Source: Eledone cirrhosa
Lineage: Eukaryota
Assembly (NCBI GenBank): GCA_964016885.1
Contig: OZ024740.1
Coordinates: 160,518,001 to 160,582,000 of the forward strand
Direction of reading: 5' to 3'
Length of the DNA: 64,000 nucleotides
In this document: in pieces, positions 32,863 through 46,060 of the stretch
Layout of the letters: each line of letters begins with the position of its first letter
Numbering within the stretch: position 1 is the first letter of the stretch
Made by a program: the position numbers and the translations under genes
The notes under the pieces: model-generated
What the model was told of the DNA's origin: nothing
Database searches by the model: none
What the model saw: only the letters and a program-made list of their open reading frames with translations

Positions 32863-33257
32863 TATACCTTCCTGCCAGATGGTTGAACGTCTGAAAGTAT
32901 ATACTTTCCTTATGCATACTAACGGCTGAGCAGCCTAATTTGCATATCGAGTGAGTTCAGTCGGCCAGGCACATATATATATATATATATGTGTGTATAT
33001 GTAGGAGGTGAGTTTTATTGTAGTACAATAAAGCAATGCAGATATCGGATAAGAAGCACTCTACAGTTTGTAGGACTGGAGTATACATAATATAAGATCA
33101 AAAGATGGTTAAAGGAGTTCCATGTATTTTATTATGCGCATTTCAAAAACAAACATCATCATGCAATAATATTTGTGTTTTCATCAGATAAAACAGGAGA
33201 ACATGATATGAAGGCTAAAAAACACTTGTGGATAGTGCAGTTTTAAATCAACATATC

Positions 33258-33765
<508 letters not shown>

Positions 33766-34626
33766 GGTTATAGTATAGGATGGGGAGCCCAGCTATCAAG
33801 CTTAAACTTTATCAATGGCTAAACCATAGGTAGAATATTGCATAGCCGATAATTAAATGATATTCAATATGATACTTATCTTTAAAAATTAAACTTTTAT
33901 AAACACAAGCATCCCAAATTAAGAAACAAATAATAATTTAGTGTAGTCCTGGAAAGTTGTGTAATCAACTAATTGTAGCCCAATTTGACAACCATCTTCC
34001 TCTTGGTATAGCGATAAAACTACTTTATCATATACCCATCACATTCTACAACTTTTATCTCTTATTTTCCCCCAACACTCAGATCTTGCTCTTATATTCT
34101 GTAGTGAACAGTTTACAAAAATCTATTTATTCGTTTTCTTCATCAAAGAATATATTTTTCTAGCCAATTTATTTGGTAAATTTTTTTTCAAGCAAAAATC
34201 ACACAAAAATTGAATTGATACTATCACATTCAGAAACAGAGAAGTAATCACTTGACACACAACTGGCACCGTATAATATACAAGATGACATCAAGAGAAT
34301 ATATCTCTGAAGAATCAATTTCAAAACAAAATGTACTGTAGGGATTTACTTTCACAAAACACTATAATAAATTTTATCCAAACAAACTGATGCTCGAAAA
34401 AACAAGATATTTCTTTTCTCTGAAAAATAGCAATTGTTTTGTAAACAACAAATATATTATTTTTTTCCTTTCACTTTCTAGTAATGGATTTAGGATTAAA
34501 AAGAAATGAGATAGAAGAAATAAACCAGTAATATTTAATATGACATAGTAGGAAACGGAAGAAAGAATTGAAATTGTGAAAAACTATACATGTTAAAAAA
34601 TCATCAATTGTCCAAAAGGAACATTA

Positions 34627-34656
<30 letters not shown>

Positions 34657-34662
<6 letters not shown>

Positions 34663-36141
34663 AAGGAGTTGGATGTGCTTGTTGACACTGTCCGTATTTT
34701 CAGCAATGATATATGTATGCAATTTGGTATTAGTAAGTGTGGAGTCATTGTGATGAGGAGGGGTAAGTTGAGCAGAAGTAACGGAATCCAGATACCAACA
34801 GGTGAGATGATAAAGGAAATTGACTCTGAGGAAGGATACAAGTATTTGGGAGTGCTGGAGGCTGATGACATCAAGAACAAAAAATGAAGGAATTGATAAG
34901 AACTGAATACCTTCGGAGAGTAAGGAGCGTATTAAAGACACATCTGAACAGTAGGAATGCCATAAGTGCAGTAAATTCCCGAGCTGTGTCTATTATTAGG
35001 TACAGTGCGGGAATTCTGAGATGGAATGTTGCTGAACAAAAAGAAATGGATAGGAAGACTAGGAAGCTATTGACTATCTACAACATGTTCCACAAGAGGA
35101 GTGATATCGATAGACTCTACTTAAGGAGATCTGAGGGTGGAAGGGGTCTTATCAGCATAGAGGACTGTGTTCAGATGGAGAAAAACAACCTACACAAATA
35201 CGTGACTGATAGTAAGGAGCCAATGCTCAGAACTGTACTGAAGGAGGGGACAATAGGCCAGGGGATGTCCAAGGAGGAAATAACATCAAGGAGAAAGAGC
35301 AGCCTTCAGGAAAAATCCCTTCATAGTACCTTCTTTGAGAGAACTGAATTTAGAGATCCACAGACATGGAACTGGTTGAAAAGAGGAGACCTTAAAAAGG
35401 CTACAGAAGGAATGTTAATGGCTGCGCAGGAGCAGGCCCTCAAAACGAAGTGGTTGAAACACCACATTTACAAGGAGGAGGCTAGCCCACTGTGCAGGAC
35501 CTGTGGAGAGAGAGAGGAGACTGTGGCTCACATTGTATCCGAGTGTAAACACCTAGCCCAGACTCACTATAAGGGCTGGAGACATGATGTGATGGGCAGG
35601 GTGATCCACTGGCACCTATGCAAAGTAAACAATTTACCACATTCTGAGAAGTGGTATGAGCATAAGCCAGAGTCGGTGATAGAAAACAATCAGGTGAAGG
35701 TGCTGTGGGATTTTAGGATACAGACGGACAAGAAACTGAAACACAATAGACCTGACCTGGTAGTTTTGGACAAGGAAAAAAGATCGTGCCTGATTGTGGA
35801 TGTGGCCTGCCCATTCGACACGAGAGTGCAAGAGAAGGAGAGGGAGAAAATTAACCGATACCAGGAGTTAAAGTTGGAGGTAAAAAGGATTTGGAACTTC
35901 CATGAAGTCAAAGTGGTCCCGATTGTCATAGGCGCACTAGGGACTATCTCAAACAGTTTCCAGGGATGGTTAAAGAAAATTGGCCCCTACACGCTTTTTG
36001 GAACGCTTCAAAAGGCATGCTTGCTGGGAACAGCAAGAACCCTCCGATACGTCCTGAATATCTGAGGCTGCAGGTAGTGGCTTGATATTCATTTCAACAA
36101 ACTTTCCAGTTAACTAACATCAATGACTGAGACTCAAAGAG
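34657..36141 (+). mobile_element. 5'-truncated R4/Dong non-LTR retrotransposon inserted in (TAA)n
   Basis: ORFs 34669-34887 and 34884-36065: YKYLG, GGRGL, AAQEQAL, CRTC-x8-HIVSEC, RHD, RPDLV, VDVACP, VPIVIGALG; single frameshift; (TAA)n at 34627-34659 and 36142-36184. Confidence 0.95.
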
Positions 36142-36148
36142 TAATAAC

Positions 36149-36185
<37 letters not shown>

Positions 36186-36415
36186 GTTTCTGATTTAGGC
36201 AAAAGGCCAACAATTCTTTTTTTTTTGGGGGGGGGGTGATTAAATCGACCCCAGTACATCACTGGTGATTTATTTTATTGACCGCATAAAGATGAAAGGC
36301 AAAGCTAACATGAGGGGGATTTGAACTCATAACATAAAGGGCCATAACTATATGCTGCAAACCCTGTAGTCCGACACTCTACTGACACTTCCAATCCCCC
36401 ACCCTAATGATGATG

Positions 36416-36466
<51 letters not shown>

Positions 36467-36659
36467 GTAATAATAATAATAATAATGGGATGATGAGGAT
36501 AATAATAATGATAATAATAATAAAGGACAATACAAAGACAGGGACAGTGAGGATTTACAGATAACAGGTAACAATTAACCATCTATTTCATTGCAAATAC
36601 ATCATCATACTTCTTAAACATGCATCATAACGTATTTCTCTTGTATATAAATATACAAC

Positions 36660-36790
36660 CAGATGATTCTATATTTATTATCAGAGGTTTTTTGTCACAC
36701 ATTCTGTGACCTCCTCAATTACTAATTATTTTGTGTCTCTCTCCTTTTTTCTGTCCTACACCACTATGTTTCTGTGTGTTGTGTGCAGCA
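36660..36790 (-). mobile_element. Decayed pLTR of the 29-kb Penelope family
   Basis: Reverse complement matches 29785-29900 including ggtcacagaatgtgtgac stem II; core mutated. Confidence 0.7.
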
Positions 36791-37088
36791 TCACCCTCCC
36801 GAAGTATAACAATAGCTGTTTCAACACCCGTTTCAGATAAGAAATCTTGAAAAACAAATACACAAACGAAGTATATATATACATATATACAAAGCAGACG
36901 TAAAATGATGATGATGATGATATATATATATATCATCATCATCATCATCATCATCATTTTACGTCCGCTTTTCCCTGCTTATATAAATTTGAGTATGCGT
37001 TGTTAAGTTACTGACTCTTCAGTATGCGGGGGTAGAGCAGAGCACTCAATGAAGTGCACAGGTGGGTCTGTTTACTCCGGAATAATTT

Positions 37089-37337
37089 AAAAACAAGAAG
37101 TGTAAGTCAACAGGTTAAAATTAGCTTTATTTATTCATATTTGCTGTTATGTATATTTAAAAAAAAAAAGAGAGGTAAAATTTGTTCCATCGTTATGTTT
37201 TTCTGTTTTTTCTATTCAAGTCCTAGCTGTCTCATGAGGTCATAACTGTTGAATAATGGTTGTCACCAAAATATACATAATAGAAAATATGAATAAACAA
37301 AGTTAATTTTAACCTGTTGACTTACACTTCTTGTTTA
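37089..37337. repeat. Fold-back element with decayed hammerhead
   Basis: 37089-37141 is inverted at 37284-37337; ctgt-CTCATGA-ggtcataac...gttgtcacc-AAAAT-atac-ATA-atag at 37227-37283. Confidence 0.65.
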
Positions 37338-37517
37338 TCATCAACATCATCATCATTATACGTCTGCTTTTCCCTGCTTGCAAGGGTGGGACGGGTCCTA
37401 TTCAGCACAGCATCTATCCACTTGTCACGGTCCTTCGCCATCTGCTCCATGAGCTTCAGGGATCTGAGGTCTGCTCTCACCACTTCTTCCCATGTTTTTC
37501 ATGGTCTTCCTCTACTT
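37338..37517 (-). mobile_element. 3' end of a second RTE family
   Basis: Reverse complement of 61405-61579 type (RPXKTWEEVVRADL...DAVLNRTRPTLASREKQT*). Confidence 0.88.
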
Positions 37518-37626
37518 ATACACACACACACATATTCACACCTGTTCTGTCTGGTTATATATTTATTCATATCATTGGTACTGGTCATTATCATCATATC
37601 AACAACTCAATGTACTATTTCATTCA

Positions 37627-37662
<36 letters not shown>

Positions 37663-38023
37663 TTAGACACAGCCATCCATGAGCCAATCTGTATTAATGC
37701 TTAATTGGTTACATTTTCATATTACTTGTGCTCACTTTTCCTTATAAATTAACAACACTAACCTCCAGCTGTTCATATCAGTTTAATTTCTGTGCAATTG
37801 TAAATGACATGCTGTATTCACTGCCATATATTTCATCTATTTCATTGCAAATACATCATCATACTTCTTAAACATGCATCATAAAGTATTTCTCTTTTAT
37901 TTAAGAAATGAGAGAGAGAGAATGAATGAGACAGACAGTGCACTATCCACTCTGTTGCCACATTCGGTCACACATAGATTATACTACATTTTATGGCTGT
38001 ACACTATTCACTCTCTCTCTCTC

Positions 38024-38055
<32 letters not shown>

Positions 38056-38069
38056 TACTATACATACAT

Positions 38070-38905
38070 ATATGAAAAGTAACAGGAATTAATGTCCTGT
38101 GTGAGTTATGAGTGGGGTAGGGATTAGCATGTTACATCACCATGTAACGTAATATCTGGTCTGCATAATATCTGCGATCTCAGCTCTCTGCAGCCATTTT
38201 TTTTTTATATGCCTTTATTAACAGCTCCTCAATTTTTAGGGCATCAAGTGATGAGCACAGAACAATGAAGCAACTTGGAGTTTCTGGTCTGACTAGGGAA
38301 AACTATATCAGAAACACTGCAAATGTATGGAGATGAGAAAATCTTACATTAAAGGGTTTTTAGTGGCACAAAATGTTCAACGATGACCTCAGAGAAGAAG
38401 GTCTTCAATGAGCAGGACTGAGGCCAATGTTGAGTATGTAAGGCAGGCAGGTGGTGCATTGCCATCATTGGCTGACTGTTCGACTGATAGCAAGTGAGCT
38501 TGGCATGAACCACGACAGCATTTGTAAGATTATTATTACCAATGAAATGGACATGTAGATCTGTGCAAAGATGATGCTGAAGCTGCTACATGATGACCAG
38601 AGGGGGTAGCACATGCAGGTATGTCAGGACATCCTCATGTGCCTTGAAACCAAACCAGACTTGTTGGTGAGAGTCATGGATATTTGTGTACAACTTGGAG
38701 ACCATCAAGAGGGTCATAATGATGGAGCTGTGGAAGATCCAAGAAGAACCCTTCCAGAAGTGCATGGAAGCCTGTTGGATAAGGATGGGAAAGTGCATTA
38801 GACTCAAGGGGGATTAGTTAGAAGGGTAAATCTTGTAGTTTGTAGTATGGATTTGAAATATAATTTTTGCAGCCCTAGTCATGTTTCTTTTCTGACACAC
38901 CTTAT
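38070..38905 (+). mobile_element. Internally deleted mariner (Tc1/mariner) transposon relic
   Basis: Broken frames read LTVRLIASELGMNHDSICKII...ICAKMMLKLLHDDQ...VCQDIL and FQKCMEA...RMGKCIRLKGD.LEG; right end ttttctgacacacctTA resembles a mariner TIR. Confidence 0.75.
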
Positions 38906-39249
38906 ATATCGATCAATAGGTCACACTGCTTGCACATATATTCTTGACTCTCTGTCACCATCCAATTCTATTATTCATCATATTCAGCAGGTCAGAGGCA
39001 TTGCAATTTATGACATCACACATCTGCTTGATTTAGGTTTGTCATCCTCTGCTAGCTCTTTCTTGTGTAGGATCCCACAAAGGAACTTCACTAAAAGTTT
39101 TGTCTTTAGCTCTCCAGCAATGTCCTGCGAATCTGACTCTATGCTCTTTCATGATGCACGTAATACATGACAAAGATTCCAATACAGTGGCTCATTGGAC
39201 AGACAATGTATACGCTATTATACATACATACATATATATATATATATCA

Positions 39250-39594
39250 TCAACATCATCATCATTCCATTTTACGTCCGCTTTTTCCCTGCTTGCAAGG
39301 GTGGGACGGGAACTGATTCTGGCTTGATTTCTACAGCTGGATGCCCTTCCTAACACCAACCTCATTTACAGTGAGTGCTGGGTGTTTTTTTGCCGTGGCA
39401 CCTACACGACCACTTTGCAGTGGAATGATATGGACCCCAGTCCCTATCATCTCATTTCTACAGCTGAGTAAACTGGAGCAATGTGAAATAAAGTGTCTTG
39501 CTCAAGGAAACAACACATTACCCGGTCTGAGAATTGAATTCACAACCTTTCGATTGCAAGGCCAATGCTCTAACCTCTAAACCATGTGCCTCCA
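39250..39594 (-). mobile_element. tRNA/RTE-tail SINE
   Basis: Nearly identical to 2529-2877. Confidence 0.93.
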
Positions 39595-39608
39595 TATATA
39601 TATATATA

Positions 39609-41118
39609 TTAGTAAAAAGGAAAAGAAAATGCTGACAAATTTTTCCCAGTGAAAAATAGTTTAATTAGGAATAAGTATAAATTAGTAATAAGTATTGGTT
39701 AGTATTCAGTTTTTACCGGTTGCGCATTTCTAATGCTTTTCAAAAATAATTTTGAGATAGAGCGCTCGTGATGTTTGCTCTAATCTGTTCAGTTTTGGAA
39801 ATTCTTCCTGTTTTATGTGGAAAAAATGGCTCCAGAGGTATTAAGATTTGGTTGGTTGTTGAATGTCACGGGAATAGGTACTATACATTTTGCGCCAATT
39901 CGTGTTGCAAAAATTCTTGTAGTCAAAACAATTTTGATTGGTCGGTAGAGGTCACATGAATGTTAAAAATTGATTTTAGCGCGAACTGGTTTGGCGCCAA
40001 ATGTAGGTTTGTCGAAGAGTGTCCTTTTTCGCTTGATTGAGTTGCAGTCATGTTGAGAACATCCTCCAGAACATCCCTGTCTTAAAAAAGGACCATAGAA
40101 TGAACCAAATCCTTCGAACACACGATATCATAAAGAGCAAAAGACAATCTAAGTCAATGAAAAACATCCTAACAGATGCCAAAGTACTGCCAAACACAAC
40201 AACGAAACTCACAGTAAAAAAATGCGATAGACCCAACTGTGGCATAAGCATCAACCTAATAGAGGGTTTAGAATTCTATTTCAAAGAAGGACAACGTTTT
40301 ATAGTAAAACACAATTTCACGTGTGCATCAGAAAATCTAATATATGTATTAACTTGCTCAGGTTGTCGAGAACAATACATAGGCCAGACCAAAAACAGCC
40401 CCCGCCAACGCATGACTGTCTATAGATCCCAAATTAAAATATGGGAAATCAGGAAAATACCACTGAGTAAACACATTGATACCTGTGCCGCTCAAAATCA
40501 TCCCAACTTCAGAATCTTTCCCCTCTACAAATTTAAAGATAATGCCACCCACACCCAGCGCATCAGCAAGGAATCTTACTTTATTAACAAATACGGACCT
40601 CGACTAAACACTTCTCCCTAAGACGAACCCACAACATACACACGTCAATATGCATACCTACATCAGCATACATCCTACATACATCTCTATCCATATATAA
40701 ACACAATGAGATACGTAAACACACATGTTCTATGGTGCAACACAAATATACACAAATTTGCATACCTTTTGATGTTTATAGATATAAACGTGCCGACACA
40801 CACACACATACACATACGCACACATGCATTGCACATTGATGGGCACATACATATTTGTACACAAGTATCCCATACGGCAGGGACTAATTGTACAGTACGT
40901 ACATTCTGGACACTCACACACACCTTGGTATTATGACAATACTATACATCATTTCACCTCTATTATTATTGATGTAATTTTTTGTTCTTTTGAGAGAATC
41001 GGTTTTGCAAATGACTGAAAATATCGAATAATGTTCCCCATTTTTACCAGTATCACAAAAATACTGGTCCATCCACACACACACACACACAGATACACAC
41101 ACATACACACGCGTACAC

Positions 41119-41193
<75 letters not shown>

Positions 41194-41960
41194 TCTCCAT
41201 ATAAGACAAGAGCTGAAAAATATGTTTCAACATGTTAAAATACCCCCACACACGTACACACACATTCCTACTGACCGATTCATTCCCTCTACCATGAACC
41301 ACTCTGCTACACACACACACACACACACATATTTGTCTTCATAGCCACCTGAACTGTTGACTTTTCAACATGACTGCAACTCACGCACACATCCCTACTG
41401 ACCATTATCACAACAATGAACTTCTTTACTACACACACACACACATATTTTCAGTGATTTCTCAACATGACTGCAACTCAATCAAGCGAAAAAGGACACT
41501 CTTCGACAAACCTACATTTGGCGCCAAACCAGTTCGCGCTAAAATCAATTTTTAACATTCACGTGACCTCGACCGACCAATCAAAATTGTTTTGACTACA
41601 AGAATTTTTGCAACACGAATTGGCGCAAAATTTATAGTACTTATTCACGTGACATTCAATAACCAACCAAATCTTAATACCTCTGGAGCCACTTTTTTCA
41701 CATAAAACAGGAAGAATTTCCAAAACTGATCAGATTAGAGCAAACATCACGAGTGCTCTATCTCAAAATTATTTTTGAAAAGCATTAGAAATGCGCAACC
41801 GGTAAAAACTTAAAACTAAAACTGAATACTAACCAATACTTATTACTAATTTATACTTATTCCTAATTAAACTATTTTTCACTGGGAAAAACTTGTCAGC
41901 ATTTTCTTTTCCTTTTTACTAATATATCACATCTTGTGTGTCACACCTCTATTTTTTAAA
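39609..41960 (+). mobile_element. Penelope-like element 3' fragment (GIY-YIG) with ~450-bp inverted 5' pLTR
   Basis: ORF 40037-40621: CDRPNCG, NLIYVLTCSGC..QYIGQT, ESYFI...P.LN; 39609-40059 is the reverse complement of 41459-41922; (TA)n flanks. Confidence 0.92.
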
Positions 41961-42819
41961 AATATATATATATATATTTTAACCATCACTCACAATTGAG
42001 TATGACTTAATAATGTTTACCCTGCTTTCTCTAAAAATGTTACTTTCCCATGCAGTTACTGCCAGACACACTCACCTTGATCCACTTTATTTTGATCCAG
42101 CAGAACATCCAAGATGTGGTAGATTGAAGAACAGATGGATGCCCCAGCACTGGACTGGTGCTTTCTTTATCAACCCTGAACATATGAAAAGCACACACAC
42201 ACATATATATATATTATTTCAATGTAGATAACTACATCAACACCAAAATCATCATTTTTACATTCATTTTCCATGTTAGCATGTATGTGATAGGACCTTT
42301 TGAGGGGGGGGGGGGGTTAATGGCTGGATGCCCTTCTTTTAGTTACCTCATATGACATGCAAGGAGGACATTTTATAGCTATACTATAAACCAATATACA
42401 CACAACATATGTACTAATTAAATTAAAACTAACAATCAGGCAATCTTTATATCATCATTTTACATCTGCTTGTAATTCAATGGTTCTTCGATTGTTACAT
42501 ACTGTGTTACAGATTCAATGTGTGTGTTATGTTAAAGATATTCAAATATCTTTGGAATACTCAACCACATTAATTTAAGTAAACCATTCAGGTAATTAAA
42601 TGACTGAATATTCATCACTGATAGACCTATCACAGCTTACAGTTAGAAGCATAACTGTATTTTGTAACACATTTGTTAACATATATTTAGTGAAACACAC
42701 TGCCTATCATAATACCAGAGATACAGCTTCCCATGGGTACAGGCCAATGGTGAAACTTACATACATTATGCCTTGCCCTACCCAACCCTCCTACTGTATA
42801 GTGGTCGGGTAAGTATCAA

Positions 42820-43148
42820 GATGAAAAGCACCCAGCCCACACTGTAAAGTGGTCATGTAGGTGTCACAAATAAAAGCACCCAGTCCATACTGTAAAGTGG
42901 TCATGTATGTGTCTCGACAAAAAGCACCCAATCCGCACTGTAAGGTGGTTGTGTAGGTGTCATGACAAAAAGCATCCAGTGCTCACTGTAAACGAGGTTG
43001 GCATTAGGAAAGGCATCAGGATGTAAAAACCAAGCCAAAATCAGTTCTGTATAAACAAATCATCATTACCTCACCTAGCATTGCCCACAACAAGACAAGT
43101 CATTTAATCCATGTCAGCATGGAAGAATGGACGTAAAATGGTGATGAT
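42820..43148 (+). repeat. Four tandem ~48-bp units followed by an RTE-type tail
   Basis: aaaagcacccag..cacactgtaaagtggtcatgtaggtgtcac repeated; same unit occurs in the 3'UTR at 3810-3890, in the SINE body and at 62120-62220 (-). Confidence 0.8.
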
Positions 43149-43149
43149 A

Positions 43150-43198
<49 letters not shown>

Positions 43199-45193
43199 CA
43201 AGTCAGTAGGACTATTAGTGGTGTGGACAAAATGCCTTACAAGTCTTTGCATTCCATCCTTTTAGGGTTGAGAAAATATAGAACAAGTCTAGAATGGTGG
43301 ATTTGTGAAATTATTTTGCAGAAGTTGTTCTGGCTATTTGTTTACTGAGACCAAATCTCATTGTGGCTTACTTAGCTAGTATACTTAACATCACCACCTG
43401 GCCCTTTAGTTCCTATAGTAGAGTCCTAAGTCTACTCAGTTGCAAGCTTTTGGGGCAGGCTTCTGGTTAGAAGATACCTTCCTCTCTTTTCCCTCCTACA
43501 AATAATGGAAATCCTGAAAAAATTCATTGGCACTTCCCTTCCATCCATCAGTGAACAGTTTTTTAAAAGGATTTAGCTTACCACAATTAGAAGCAGGAAG
43601 ACTGTATAATTTACAAGCTGGTTTTACTGTTTGAAGTCAATTCATAACTTACTGCCTCATAAAATGAAAATACATATTTAATAATGTATATGTAAAAATG
43701 TATAGAATGTGTTTGACTGTGCTTTATCAAAATTGACAAAGTTCAACAATAACAACAATTTCTACCCTCCATATAATAATTGTTTCTAATATGGGCACAA
43801 AGCCAGAAGTATGGTTGAAAGGGTTTGGCCTTTCCTAGCCCCTCCCTGGTAATAATAATAATAATAACCTACCATCCTGTTTAATAATAACAATTGGTAC
43901 TTGGGCTTCACAACAATCTGAGTGGGCTCTCTAATTTAAGAAGCATATTTCAGGGTGGTTTTTATAAGCTGTATTTTCTAAATCTGAGAGTGTACCATTG
44001 AAATGTAGGGAGTAGTGTCATCTAGGGAGCTCCTGCCACCCTCTCCACAGAGACCTTGAAACAATGCTTCAAGATAGTTTGACCTATTCTCAAATGAGTT
44101 TCTGCGAATTCCCAACACTAACACATCACATCAAATACTTAACGAAAGAGAGAAATAGCAGCAAAATATTGAAATTCCTCAAAGGCAGGATGGTCACAGC
44201 CGGAACATTTTGGATCATTGCTCACTTTGATCAAAACAGATCAAGTGGGCTAAACACCACCAACAACTACTACTACTACTATTAATACTACTATTACTAC
44301 TACTACTACTACTTATTTGCTTAATATTTCAAATGTAACCAAGAACTGTTTGTTTATTCATAATAAACAGCAACAAAACCTGATAAATAGCTCCTCATTT
44401 AACTAAATGATGCTAACAGAATTAATATTTTTACTTTGATGTCTGTAAATCATATGTTAGCTTCCTTCCTTCAAAAACCATTTAATTTCATACCATCTTC
44501 AAAACTGTAATGCACATTAATCAACAGAAAATTTTAAGCTGTATTTTTAATAAAATGTCCACAAAAATTGTTTTGTTTGACATGTGTCTAAATCTAAATA
44601 TTATGGTGTGCTTGTGTGTGTAATTGCGTGATCGCATTTGTATGTATATATGTGTAAATATGTATGTGTATAAGAGTATATATAAATGAATAATCACATA
44701 AATAACTTTGTACGAGTTAGTGTTTGCATGTTTAGATATCTGTATGAGTGTGTATGTTTTTCTGTATGAGTGTAAAATATGTGTGTGCATGTATGTATAA
44801 TATGTGAGAGAATGCAGGTCTGTACATACATGTATTTATTTATATATAGGTGAATGAGTAGCTGGGTGTGAACAAGATAGTGTGTGTGTGTGTGTGTGTT
44901 GAATAAAGGAAATAAAACTAAAAAGATGTGCCTTTCAATATATATAAAGTAGGAAATCAATCTTTCATAATATAATATATTTAACTCTTAACGTTTTGAG
45001 CTAGAGGAAACTGCATTATAAAGACATCCTTGTAATGTATGAAGCATCACTTTGAATGCATTGCATTAAACATGGGAGTTTTATACTGTTATTATTCACA
45101 ATCATCTGTCCACAAGTAAACATAGAAACATTTCAATCCAAAGTGTCAGTCTTGTCACAAACTGTGTTACACTGATTCTCCCCAACAATTATG

Positions 45194-45392
45194 TTAACCC
45201 TTTAGCATTTAAACTGGCTGTAACCAGCTGCTCATACTGATGTTAGGGTATTGTTCTCAAAATAAATAATATCAAAATCTCATAGATTCAATATTATGTG
45301 AGATAATTATATAAGGTAAAGCCTTTACCATAAAAATATAATAATATATATAGAGTAATATATATAGAGTAATATAAATGCTAAAGGGTTAA
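45194..45392. mobile_element. piggyBac-type MITE with intact ends
   Basis: TTAA-CCCTTTAGCATTTA...TAAATGCTAAAGGG-TTAA: 14-bp TIR and TTAA TSD. Confidence 0.92.
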
Positions 45393-45675
45393 AGATACAT
45401 GTGATGGTGGCATGCTCAGCCACTTACAAATCAATTCCAGGAGCAGGCTATTGCTATAGTCAAATAACTGAAACACCCATTGTTGCAACTGGTGATTGTC
45501 ATTCCTACACATATACAGAGAAAAAGAGATAAACCAATCACTCTTAAAAGACAGCACCTCACTAATTTGAGGTTGCTGTGGAAGGGATTCTGTTACCATC
45601 ATTAGAGTGATCAGTCATTAGCAGAGTTACTCAAAGTTATAAGGTTGCGCTCAGGCCATCTGTAACAGACAGCAA

Positions 45676-45777
45676 AGGCTATAATACAAACATACACTTT
45701 TATGATGGTGGTGGTGGTGATGATGATTATCATCACCACCACCACCATCATAAAAGTGTATGTTTGTATTATAGCCT
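45676..45777. repeat. Near-perfect ~100-bp palindrome
   Basis: aggctataatacaaacatacacttttatgatggtggtggtggtgatgat mirrored as atcatcaccaccaccaccatcataaaagtgtatgtttgtattatagcct. Confidence 0.95.
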
Positions 45778-46060
45778 AATTCAACCTCCTGCATCTCATC
45801 ACTTGTGAACACAGCTCTCAGATACTTGAACTTCTCTATCTGCTTCAGTGGAACTCCATTGACATGTAGAGTGCACCTCATAGGTTTCCTTGAGAGGACA
45901 AGTGTCTCAGTTTTTGCAGCACTGATTTTCATTCCAGCTATGCAGCACTCGGCATCAAACCTGTCAAGTGCAAATCAGAGATCACCTTCTGTTGAGTTGA
46001 GTAACACCATGTTATCTGCAAATTCCAGCTGACTGATTTTACGCCTGCCAGTCATGATAC
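45778..46060 (-). mobile_element. Old RTE LINE RT fragment
   Basis: Minus strand FADNMVLL...GMKISAAKTE...IEKFKYL. Confidence 0.8.

Noticed and set aside
42820-43000. CRISPR-like array
   Set aside because: Units are contiguous diverged tandem repeats with no unique spacers or cas genes, in a eukaryotic retroelement context
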